Shown piece after piece: positions 8,812-16,325 of a stretch of 64,000 bases of DNA. The stretch comes from Candidatus Omnitrophota bacterium (GTDB lineage: Bacteria; Omnitrophota; Omnitrophia; Omnitrophales; Aquincolibacteriaceae). Each line of letters starts with the position of its first letter. The first letter of the stretch is position 1. The stretch covers positions 38,516-102,515 of the forward strand of contig JBAYVF010000004.1 of NCBI GenBank assembly GCA_041674705.1, given 5' to 3'. The translations under genes were made by a program, and so were the position numbers. The notes beneath the pieces are model-generated. The model saw only the letters and a list, made by a program, of their open reading frames with translations, searched no databases and was not told where the DNA came from.

Positions 8812-11800
8812 ATGGCCACGCATCACTCGGACATCATTAGCGGGATCGTCAGTTACTTCGCCAAGTCCAAGATCACGCCTCTCATTATCGCAGCGTCGCT
8901 TATTATCGGCGTGTTTGCGGTCATCAATCTTCCCCGGGAAGAAGAGCCGCAGATCTCGGTGCCGATGTTTGATATTTTTGTCGCTTATCCGGGCGCAGAT
9001 TCCAAGGAGGTCGAGCAACGGATCGTGACCCTTGGAGAACGCAAGCTCTGGGAGATCCCGGGCGTGGAATACGTTTATTCTACGATCGAGCCGGAAGGAG
9101 CGCTGATCATTGTTCGGTTCAAGGTCGGGGAAGATGTCGAAAAGAGCCTGATCAAGCTTTACACCAAGGTCTATTCCAATCTCGATTTCCTGCCTTCTGA
9201 CGCAACGCAGCCCCTGATCAAAGTCCGTTCGATTGATGATGTGCCGATTCTGACCCTTACTTTCCATGGTAAAGATAAAGATCCTGTCGTGCTTCGCAGA
9301 ACCGTGGCAAATGTCCAGAACATCGTGAACGCGATCCCCGATGTTTCAGAAACCCGCATTACGGGTGGCCGCAAACGTCAGTTCCAGGTATTTTTTGATG
9401 AAGAAAAGCTTAAGGCCCGGCTCCTGAACCCGCTTGAGATCACGCAGATCATCCGCTCCGCGAACGTGAAACAAAGTGCCGGACATCTTGAAAGCGCGCC
9501 GGAACTTGAATCGGTGGAGGCAAATTCGTTTTTCCGCACAAAATCCGATCTTGAGAATCTCGTGGTCGGCGCGAGCGCGGGGAGCGTGGTGACGCTCAAA
9601 GACATCGCGAAAGTCGTGGACGGTCCGGATGAAGAAGAACGCGCGTCGGAAATTTTCTTTGGACCCGCATCGAAGGAAAAAGACAAAGGTCCGTTTGATG
9701 CCGTGACGCTTTCGATCTCAAAACGTAAGGGCGCGAACGCGGCCCATCTTTCCGAGGTGATCCTGCACGCGATTAAAGAGCTTCCGGAAACGACGCTTCC
9801 CAAAGATGTTGAAATGACCGTAACGCGCGATTACGGGGAGACCGCGAAAGAAAAATCCAACGAACTGCTTTTTCATATGGCGATCGCGATCTTCGGCGTG
9901 AGTGTTCTGATCGCCTGGGTGCTTGGCCTGCGCGAGTCCGGGGTGGTGGCGATCGCGATCCCGATGACCTTGGCGCTGACGCTTGCCACGTTCTATTTTC
10001 TTGGCTATACGCTGAATCGCATTACGCTTTTTGCGCTGATCTTTTCGATCGGGATCCTTGTGGATGACCCGATCGTGGATGTGGAAAATATCGTCCGGCA
10101 TCTCCGGCTTCCGGACAATAAAGGAAAATCCATTCTGGATATCACGATCGAAGCCGTGAATGAAGTCCGCAGTCCTTTGATCCTCGCGACGCTTACGGTG
10201 ATCGCAGCCATCCTGCCGATGGCTTTTGTAAGCGGACTTATGGGCCCCTACATGCGCCCCATTCCGATCGGCGCAAGCGCGGCGATGATGTTCTCGATGT
10301 TCGTGGCTTTTGTCGCGACTCCTTGGGCCGCATACCAGATTCTCGGGAGGGCGTTCGCTCAGGGGAAGCTCAAAGCCCACCACGAAGGAGAGAAAGAAGA
10401 TTTTCTGACGCATCTTTATCGCTCCTACATGAATCCGCTCATTTATAACGCGAAGATCCGGCAATGGTTCTTGATCGGTCTCGGAACCTTGCTTGCGCTT
10501 GCGGTTTTGCTTGTGCCTCTCAAGTTGGTTCGCATGAAAATGTTGCCGTTCGACAACAAGAATGAATTCCAGGTGGTGCTCAATATGCCCGAGGGGACAC
10601 CCGCGGCGAAGACTCAGGCTGTGATCACGGAGATCGCGGATTATCTCGTCACCACGCCGGAAGTCAAAGACATTGAGATGTATGTGGGCTCGGCAGCACC
10701 CTATAATTTCAACGGGCTTGTGCGTCATTACTTTCTTCGATCAAAACCTTTCCAGGCGGATCTTCAAGTGAATCTGGCAGGAAAACATCAGCGCAAACGC
10801 CAAAGCCATGATATCGCCAAAGCGGTACGCCCGAGGATCCATGAGATCGTGAAAAAACACGGCGGCCATGTTCAGGTTGCAGAAGTCCCTCCCGGCCCGC
10901 CTGTTCTTTCGACGCTCGTGCTTGAAATTTATGGACCCACGCTTGAGGGCCAAACAAAGCTTGCGAAACAGATCGAAGGATTGCTCGCTTCCAGCGAAGG
11001 CGTGACCGACATCGATACCTATATCCAGTCACCGGAAAAGCTCATGCGCCTCCGTGTGAATACGCAGAAAGCATCCTTGAATGGAATTCCGGTCGCGCAG
11101 ATCGCTGAAGTTATCACAACCGCAGTCGGGGGAAAGACCGTGGATCTGGCGCACCTTTCTGAAGAATACGAGCCGGTGGAGATCCTTTTGCGTCTGCCCA
11201 AGGAAAAGCGTGCGGGGATGGAGAGTGTTCTCAATATGACGCTTCTCTCCCGGTATGGGAACCCGATCCCGGTACGGGAACTTGTGGATATCGAAAAGGA
11301 CACCAAAGACCCCGCGATCTATCACAAGAACCTTATGCGGGTCTCATATGTGATCGCGGACGTGGCAGGGAAGTTTGAAAGCCCGGCGTATGCGATCCTG
11401 AAACTCAAAAAAGAGATCGCAAAGATGCCGGTGCCTGTTAATCAAGAGGGCCAGAAGACGCTCGACCAACTTTTTAACGGCCAGCCGCAAACGACGGATC
11501 GCTGGACCTTGAAGTGGGATGGAGAATGGCAGATCACGTACGAAGTATTCCGTGATCTCGGGATCGCGTTCGTCTTTGTGCTTCTTCTGATCTACGCGCT
11601 TGTGGTTGGGTGGTTCCAGTCGTTTAAAACGCCGTGGATCATCATGTTGCCGATTCCGCTCACGCTTGTGGGGATTTTACCTGCGCACTGGCTCGGCGGC
11701 GTGTTTTTTACTGCGACTTCCATGATCGGGATGATCGCGGGTGCCGGGATCGTGGTCCGCAATTCCATTATTCTCGTGGATTTTATCGAAATGAGACGTG

Positions 11801-12036
11801 CGGAGGGGATGCCCCTTGAAGAAGCCGTGATCGATGCCGGGGTGAAGCGCTTCAGGCCGATGCTTTTGACAGCGGCGGCGGTAGTCGTCGGCGCATCGGT
11901 CATTCTGTTCGACCCGATCTTTCAGGGTTTAGCCGTCGCCTTGATGGCGGGGGAGATCGCCTCGACGATCCTTTCTCGAACCGCAGTTCCTGTTTTCTAT
12001 TACATGATGGCTAAAAAAACAGGGACTCGGGACTAG
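8812..12036 (+). CDS. RND efflux transporter permease (AcrB/CzcA-type)
   Basis: 1074 aa. 12-TM RND architecture with large periplasmic loops. Confidence 0.85.
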   Translation: MATHHSDIISGIVSYFAKSKITPLIIAASLIIGVFAVINLPREEEPQISVPMFDIFVAYPGADSKEVEQRIVTLGERKLWEIPGVEYVYSTIEPEGALIIVRFKVGEDVEKSLIKLYTKVYSNLDFLPSDATQPLIKVRSIDDVPILTLTFHGKDKDPVVLRRTVANVQNIVNAIPDVSETRITGGRKRQFQVFFDEEKLKARLLNPLEITQIIRSANVKQSAGHLESAPELESVEANSFFRTKSDLENLVVGASAGSVVTLKDIAKVVDGPDEEERASEIFFGPASKEKDKGPFDAVTLSISKRKGANAAHLSEVILHAIKELPETTLPKDVEMTVTRDYGETAKEKSNELLFHMAIAIFGVSVLIAWVLGLRESGVVAIAIPMTLALTLATFYFLGYTLNRITLFALIFSIGILVDDPIVDVENIVRHLRLPDNKGKSILDITIEAVNEVRSPLILATLTVIAAILPMAFVSGLMGPYMRPIPIGASAAMMFSMFVAFVATPWAAYQILGRAFAQGKLKAHHEGEKEDFLTHLYRSYMNPLIYNAKIRQWFLIGLGTLLALAVLLVPLKLVRMKMLPFDNKNEFQVVLNMPEGTPAAKTQAVITEIADYLVTTPEVKDIEMYVGSAAPYNFNGLVRHYFLRSKPFQADLQVNLAGKHQRKRQSHDIAKAVRPRIHEIVKKHGGHVQVAEVPPGPPVLSTLVLEIYGPTLEGQTKLAKQIEGLLASSEGVTDIDTYIQSPEKLMRLRVNTQKASLNGIPVAQIAEVITTAVGGKTVDLAHLSEEYEPVEILLRLPKEKRAGMESVLNMTLLSRYGNPIPVRELVDIEKDTKDPAIYHKNLMRVSYVIADVAGKFESPAYAILKLKKEIAKMPVPVNQEGQKTLDQLFNGQPQTTDRWTLKWDGEWQITYEVFRDLGIAFVFVLLLIYALVVGWFQSFKTPWIIMLPIPLTLVGILPAHWLGGVFFTATSMIGMIAGAGIVVRNSIILVDFIEMRRAEGMPLEEAVIDAGVKRFRPMLLTAAAVVVGASVILFDPIFQGLAVALMAGEIASTILSRTAVPVFYYMMAKKTGTRD

Positions 12037-12073
12037 GGACTCGTTCCTCGAAAGAGTTTTGACGAGTCCCGAG
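12022..12073. repeat. REP-like GGGACTCG/CGAGTCCC palindromic element (copy 1), overlapping the RND stop codon
   Basis: GGGACTCGGGACTAGGGACTCG...CGAGTCCCGAG. The same motif family is present at 17758-17867 and 60626-60690. Confidence 0.6.
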
Positions 12074-12088
12074 CAACGGGGGTTTATT

Positions 12089-12292
12089 ATGACCATGGAA
12101 AAAATAATTCGCGTGATGGCGGGAACTTTCATTTTAGCAAGCGTCGCTCTGGCGATCTGGGTAAGCCCCTGGTGGCTCGTCTGGACGGCGCTTATCGGCG
12201 TGAATCTTATCCAGTCCGCCTTCACCGGTTGGTGTCTGGCCGAAAAGATCCTCAAGAAATTCGGCGTCCCTGGTTCCTGTTGCAGTCAATAG
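12089..12292 (+). CDS. DUF2892 (YgaP-like) small membrane protein
   Basis: 67 aa with two TM helices and a C-terminal GWCLAEK motif. GGGGG Shine-Dalgarno 7 nt upstream of ATG 12089. Confidence 0.55.
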   Translation: MTMEKIIRVMAGTFILASVALAIWVSPWWLVWTALIGVNLIQSAFTGWCLAEKILKKFGVPGSCCSQ

Positions 12293-12306
12293 CCGATATT
12301 ACCCCA

Positions 12307-12363
12307 TGTAACACCGGGTGTTAAAACGGTGTCATTTCCCCGAATGTAAGACCGGGTGTTACA
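12307..12363. promoter_or_regulatory. Two tandem 17-19-bp palindromes TGTAACACCGGGTGTTA and TGTAAGACCGGGTGTTACA (putative regulator or enhancer sites)
   Basis: Seen directly at 12307-12323 and 12345-12363. They lie 45-105 bp upstream of the TTGACA and TGGCAC elements. Confidence 0.4.
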
Positions 12364-12382
12364 TTTGGGTGAGGCCCTTTGA

Positions 12383-12426
12383 TTGACACTCCTTCCGCCT
12401 TCGGGCAGAATGGCACCACTTTTAAT
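12383..12426 (+). promoter_or_regulatory. Candidate gatCAB promoter(s): TTGACA-17-CAGAAT overlapping a sigma54-like TGGCAC-N5-TTAAT
   Basis: TTGACA at 12383-12388, CAGAAT at 12406-12411, TGGCAC at 12411-12416. The -12 element lacks GC, so the sigma54 assignment is weak. Confidence 0.35.
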
Positions 12427-12443
12427 CACGGGTCGGGAACTTG

Positions 12444-12566
12444 CCCCGTTAGAGATTCACGAGAAGAAATTGTGCGAGATTGATTTTTAATGAAAACATT
12501 TAAAGTGGTAGACATAGATAGCCAGACAAGCGGAAGCGCCCTAGGCGCTTCCTATCTCTAACGGGG
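12444..12566 (+). promoter_or_regulatory. Leader hairpin: 11-bp inverted repeat CCCCGTTAGAG...CTCTAACGGGG enclosing about 100 nt, with an inner 9-bp hairpin, ending 5 nt before the gatC ATG
   Basis: Arms at 12444-12454 and 12556-12566. Inner GGAAGCGCC-CTA-GGCGCTTCC at 12532-12552. The same arms recur at 45314-45416. Confidence 0.5.
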
Positions 12567-12571
12567 TAAAC

Positions 12572-12853
12572 ATGGAAATCAATATCGATAGAGTTGCGGA
12601 ACTTGCGCGGCTCAATCTTAAAGCCGAAGAAAAAAAGAAGCTCGAAAAAGACCTCGGGGCGATCCTCGACTACGTCAAAAAACTGGATAAGCTGGATACG
12701 TCCAAAGTCGAGCCCACGAGCCATGTCCTTAATATGGAGAACGTGTTCCGCCCTGATGAAGCCAAGTCTTCGGATGCCGCCTCAAAGGCCCTGGAACATG
12801 CCCCTCAGACCGAAGGCTCTTTCTTCAAAGTCCCCAAGATCGTGCAAAGATAA
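12572..12853 (+). CDS. gatC: Asp-tRNA(Asn)/Glu-tRNA(Gln) amidotransferase subunit C
   Basis: 93 aa with a typical GatC sequence (LARLNL..EE...L..IL.YV..L). Lies upstream of gatA. Confidence 0.9.
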   Translation: MEINIDRVAELARLNLKAEEKKKLEKDLGAILDYVKKLDKLDTSKVEPTSHVLNMENVFRPDEAKSSDAASKALEHAPQTEGSFFKVPKIVQR

Positions 12854-12887
12854 GTGCTAAGTGATAAGTGTTAAGCGATAGGCAGAA

Positions 12888-14321
12888 ATGAATACACCAC
12901 TCCATAAACTGACAGTGAAGGAAGCGATCGGGTTCTGCCAAAAAGGCGGGGCTCAGGAGCTTGTTCATGCTTTAACCGAGAGGGCCCAAAAGTTGAATCC
13001 TCTCGTGAACGCGTTTTTGCGGTTTAGTGCTTCCGATATCAACTTACCGCTTACCGCTGAACGCTTACCCCTCGCAGGTGTTCCCGTTTCTATTAAAGAC
13101 AACATCTGTATCGATGGCAGGGAAGTGACGTGCGCGTCGAAGATCCTGGCTAAGCACGTGCCTCCTTATAATGCCACCGTGATCGAGAAATTGAAGAGCG
13201 CGGGTGCGACACTTTTCGGCCAATGCAATATGGACGAATTCGCGTTCGGTTCTTCGTGCGAAACCTCGGCGTTCGGTCCGTGCAAAAATCCCTGGGACCT
13301 CACGCGCGTACCCGGAGGCTCGAGCGGTGGCTCTGCGGCTTCCGTCGCGGCAGACATGACGCTTGCGGCGCTCGGGAGTGACACCGGCGGTTCGATTCGT
13401 CAGCCCGCGGCGCTTTGCGGTGTGGTCGGCGTCAAGCCCACTTACGGCCGCGTGTCGCGCTACGGTCTTATCGCGTTCGGTTCAAGCTTTGACCAGATCG
13501 GTCCCATTACAAAAACCGTGGAAGATGCCGCCATTCTGCTGAATGTGCTGAGCGGCCACGACCCGAAAGATTCCACGTCCGCGTCTCAGTCCGTTCCTGA
13601 TTTTACGCAAGCGCTCAAGCGCGATGTGAAGGGCCTCAAGATCGGCCTTCCGAAAGAGTACTTCATTGAAGGGATTGATCCCCAGATCGAGAAAAGCGTT
13701 CGCGAAGCCGCGGAGATCTATAAGAAGCTCGGCGCCGAGATCAAGACGATCAGCTTGTCGCATACCGAACACTCGGTTGCGGTCTACTATATTGTGGCCG
13801 TGGCGGAAGCCAGCTCGAACCTTGGACGCTTTGATGGCGTCGAGTACGGCCTGAGGGTTCCCACAAAAGATCTTCGTGAAATGTATTTTGAAACGCGCGA
13901 CCAGGGGTTCGGCCAGGAAGCCAAGCGCCGCATTCTGCTCGGCACGTTCGTGCTCTCGGCCGGTTATTATGAGGCTTATTATCTGAAGGGCCAGAAAGTC
14001 CGTACACTTATTCGGCAGGATTTTGAGAAGGCGTTCAAGGAAGTGGACGTGATCTTGTCGCCCACCTCGCCCACGGCGGCGTTCAAGATCGGCGAAAAGT
14101 CCGCAGACCCGATCGCCATGTACCTTTCCGATATCTTTACGATCCCCGCGAACCTGGCCGGCATTCCCGCGATGTCGGTTCCGTGCGGTTTTACAAGCGG
14201 CGGTCTTCCCATAGGCTTGCAGCTTATGGCCAGGCCCTTTGACGAATCCACCATGCTCCGCGCGGCTTACGCTTTCGAGCAGGAAACCGGCATCTATAAA
14301 AAGAAACCGAAGTTAGACTAG
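12888..14321 (+). CDS. gatA: Asp-tRNA(Asn)/Glu-tRNA(Gln) amidotransferase subunit A
   Basis: Amidase signature GGSSGGSAASVAA. 477 aa. Confidence 0.95.
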   Translation: MNTPLHKLTVKEAIGFCQKGGAQELVHALTERAQKLNPLVNAFLRFSASDINLPLTAERLPLAGVPVSIKDNICIDGREVTCASKILAKHVPPYNATVIEKLKSAGATLFGQCNMDEFAFGSSCETSAFGPCKNPWDLTRVPGGSSGGSAASVAADMTLAALGSDTGGSIRQPAALCGVVGVKPTYGRVSRYGLIAFGSSFDQIGPITKTVEDAAILLNVLSGHDPKDSTSASQSVPDFTQALKRDVKGLKIGLPKEYFIEGIDPQIEKSVREAAEIYKKLGAEIKTISLSHTEHSVAVYYIVAVAEASSNLGRFDGVEYGLRVPTKDLREMYFETRDQGFGQEAKRRILLGTFVLSAGYYEAYYLKGQKVRTLIRQDFEKAFKEVDVILSPTSPTAAFKIGEKSADPIAMYLSDIFTIPANLAGIPAMSVPCGFTSGGLPIGLQLMARPFDESTMLRAAYAFEQETGIYKKKPKLD

Positions 14322-14346
14322 AGACTACAGACCAGAGACGACAGCG

Positions 14347-14562
14347 ATGACGAATAATTTGCATCATGCAGCTAAAAAGTATGTCGAAGTGATCGAGAAG
14401 ATTGAAAGAACCACCAATCCCAAAGAGTTGCAGGAACTTGAGGAGAAGCGGGTGGACCTGCACTGGAAGTTTATCGATCTGCTCAAAAAGCAGGGGATCA
14501 AATATAAAGACAGAGATCACGCAACCCGGATTGCCATACGGATTGCGCACGGAGAGTTATGA
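14347..14562 (+). CDS. Hypothetical small protein (71 aa) within the gatA-gatB insert
   Basis: ORF only. ATGA overlap with the next ORF. Lower GC than flanking genes. Confidence 0.4.
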   Translation: MTNNLHHAAKKYVEVIEKIERTTNPKELQELEEKRVDLHWKFIDLLKKQGIKYKDRDHATRIAIRIAHGEL

Positions 14563-14792
14563 CGACGCTTGAAATTGCTCGCATTTATACGGATCTGGTG
14601 AAGGCGGAGCGGGAGATTCCTGAAGCGGAGCACCAGGCCAAGGAAAAGATCAATGCTCTCCGGACCAAGTATCACGAGATCCTGATGGCAAAGATGCGGG
14701 AAGAACGGATCGATTTCTCCGATCGCTTCGACGCCGCAGCCAAGGCTTTCGATCTTGTTCGCGAAGAAGATTCAAAGTACGGTGGTAGGTAG
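14559..14792 (+). CDS. Hypothetical small protein (77 aa) within the gatA-gatB insert
   Basis: ORF only, charged and helical. Coupled to the previous ORF. Confidence 0.4.
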   Translation: MTTLEIARIYTDLVKAEREIPEAEHQAKEKINALRTKYHEILMAKMREERIDFSDRFDAAAKAFDLVREEDSKYGGR

Positions 14793-14835
14793 TTGCAGAG
14801 CATTTGTGCGGCGCCGCACGAATTGGAAATGAATT

Positions 14836-15006
14836 AGCTCGACGTCGAGCTTATTGAGATCAGGCTGGCAAGGCGGTTCGGGCAGTCGGGGGCCTTATAT
14901 CGTATATGATATACCTGCCTGCCGGCAGGCGGCAAAACAGTCGGCGCCGACTGTTTTGGCCAATAGTGTGGGGGAGCTAACCCCTCCCCACCGGACGCCG
15001 TCCGGT
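14836..15006. repeat. Cluster of five GC-rich perfect palindromes
   Basis: AGCTCGACGTCGAGCT (14836-14851). GCCTGCCGGCAGGC (14917-14930). AAAACAGTCGGCGCCGACTGTTTT (14934-14957). GGGGAG-ctaacc-CTCCCC (about 14970-14989). ACCGGACGCCGTCCGGT (14990-15006). Confidence 0.65.
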
Positions 15007-15024
15007 TGACAAGAATGGAGAGAG

Positions 15025-15591
15025 ATGAAGAAAGAGCCATTTGTGCCAAGCTTAGGCTCTGATGTAATTAAGAAGTTTTGTCAGTTGTGTGATTGGGCGT
15101 ATCAATCATGGCTAATGCAACGGACTCTTTTTGATGATAACCCTAATCTTTATGTTCTGGAAAAGGATAGTTTTCAGAGATTTTTTAGTCTTCTTAATAA
15201 TGTTACGCTCGAATATGCCCTTCAGCAGCTCATAAAGCTTCATGATCCGGCAATTATGAATGGCAAGATTAATCTGACGATTAATTGCATAGTCCAATAT
15301 GGCGACTGGGAAAAGAAGGTGAGGACGGATTTAAAAAGTCTTAGCGACGAGTTAGAGTTATTAGCCGGATGCCTGAGAGCGGCGAGGAATAAAGTTCTTT
15401 CTCATAACGATTTTCTGGCGTGCATGGAAAATGTGCCGATCGGTTGTTTTGAGGAAAACAAAGATAGGGATTATTTTGATAAGCTCCAAGAATTTGTAAA
15501 TATTGTTCATGATAAAACGATCGGCGGGCCTTATCCTTTTGATAGTTTGGTGCAAAGTTACACCCGCGAATTTTTGAGTGCGCTGAAATAG
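15025..15591 (+). CDS. Hypothetical protein, low-GC cargo gene; possible HEPN-like Rx5H motif
   Basis: 188 aa, AT-rich codon usage. Motif RNKVLSH near residue 120. No confident family match. Confidence 0.5.
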   Translation: MKKEPFVPSLGSDVIKKFCQLCDWAYQSWLMQRTLFDDNPNLYVLEKDSFQRFFSLLNNVTLEYALQQLIKLHDPAIMNGKINLTINCIVQYGDWEKKVRTDLKSLSDELELLAGCLRAARNKVLSHNDFLACMENVPIGCFEENKDRDYFDKLQEFVNIVHDKTIGGPYPFDSLVQSYTREFLSALK

Positions 15592-15633
15592 CATTAGTAA
15601 CTGCGGCTATTCCTGTGCGCTAAAGTAATCAAA

Positions 15634-16197
15634 ATGATTCAAAGGGGAAGCCTGGTGGACGACAAATTGTTGAATGACATAGCAAAAAGCTTTGTTGTGA
15701 CGGCGCTTAGCTATACCAACCAGAACTGGCGGACATTTTGTCAGTCTTGGAGCAAGGCGTTGAAGGCTGATTTGTCAGGAGACGCTGAGGCTAAACTAGA
15801 ATTTTCGATGGCCATTATCGGGTTGGGCTTGTCACGCATTAAACGAGATTCTTTGGAAAATACTGCATCGCGTGAAGTTGGCAAGGTGCAGGCTGAGAAG
15901 ATTAGAGATTATTTGAGGGTGATGTCGGGCAACTTAGGTGATGAGCCATGGGAAAAGGCAATGAAGTATCATAATGCTTATGAAAATTGTCCCAATTTCG
16001 ATTCGAGATTTGATAAACCTCCTTTTGAAAGCCGCGTGGAAGCAATAGCCGTGGTTTTATTCGATTCTTTTAAAATAGCGCATCTTATTAAAATAGGAGG
16101 TCGCATCTCTTACGAACCTCTTACGCTTATGATGCTTGCTGGTACAGTTTTGGCAGCTTACCAAGACTGTAAAAACACATTTCAGAGTTTATTATGA
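15634..16197 (+). CDS. Hypothetical protein, low-GC cargo gene
   Basis: 187 aa, AT-rich. Partner of the previous ORF. No recognisable domain. Confidence 0.5.
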   Translation: MIQRGSLVDDKLLNDIAKSFVVTALSYTNQNWRTFCQSWSKALKADLSGDAEAKLEFSMAIIGLGLSRIKRDSLENTASREVGKVQAEKIRDYLRVMSGNLGDEPWEKAMKYHNAYENCPNFDSRFDKPPFESRVEAIAVVLFDSFKIAHLIKIGGRISYEPLTLMMLAGTVLAAYQDCKNTFQSLL

Positions 16198-16325
16198 ACT
16201 ACGAACCTGTGATCGGACTTGAGGTCCACGTACAGCTGAAAACAAAGAGCAAGCTGTTTTGTTCGTGCTTCCGCCACACAGCGCGGCGGACAGGCGACGG
16301 AATTCGGTTAAGGAATGAATTATGA
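16194..16325 (+). pseudogene. Diverged duplicate of the gatB 5' end (25 gatB codons, then unrelated sequence to a stop)
   Basis: [25 protein letters not shown] matches gatB residues 1-25 ([25 protein letters not shown]) with about 22 synonymous nt differences. Its ATG overlaps the stop of the upstream cargo ORF. Confidence 0.7.

Noticed and set aside
9718-10728. 336-aa minus-strand ORF
   Set aside because: It is antisense to the RND permease. Its His/Arg/Asp-rich composition is a shadow-ORF artefact.
12444-12566. Interpreting the IR-bracketed leaders as a known riboswitch (for example glutamine or glnA RNA)
   Set aside because: I cannot match the interior to any riboswitch consensus from memory, and the two interiors differ. 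It is reported as an unclassified structured element.
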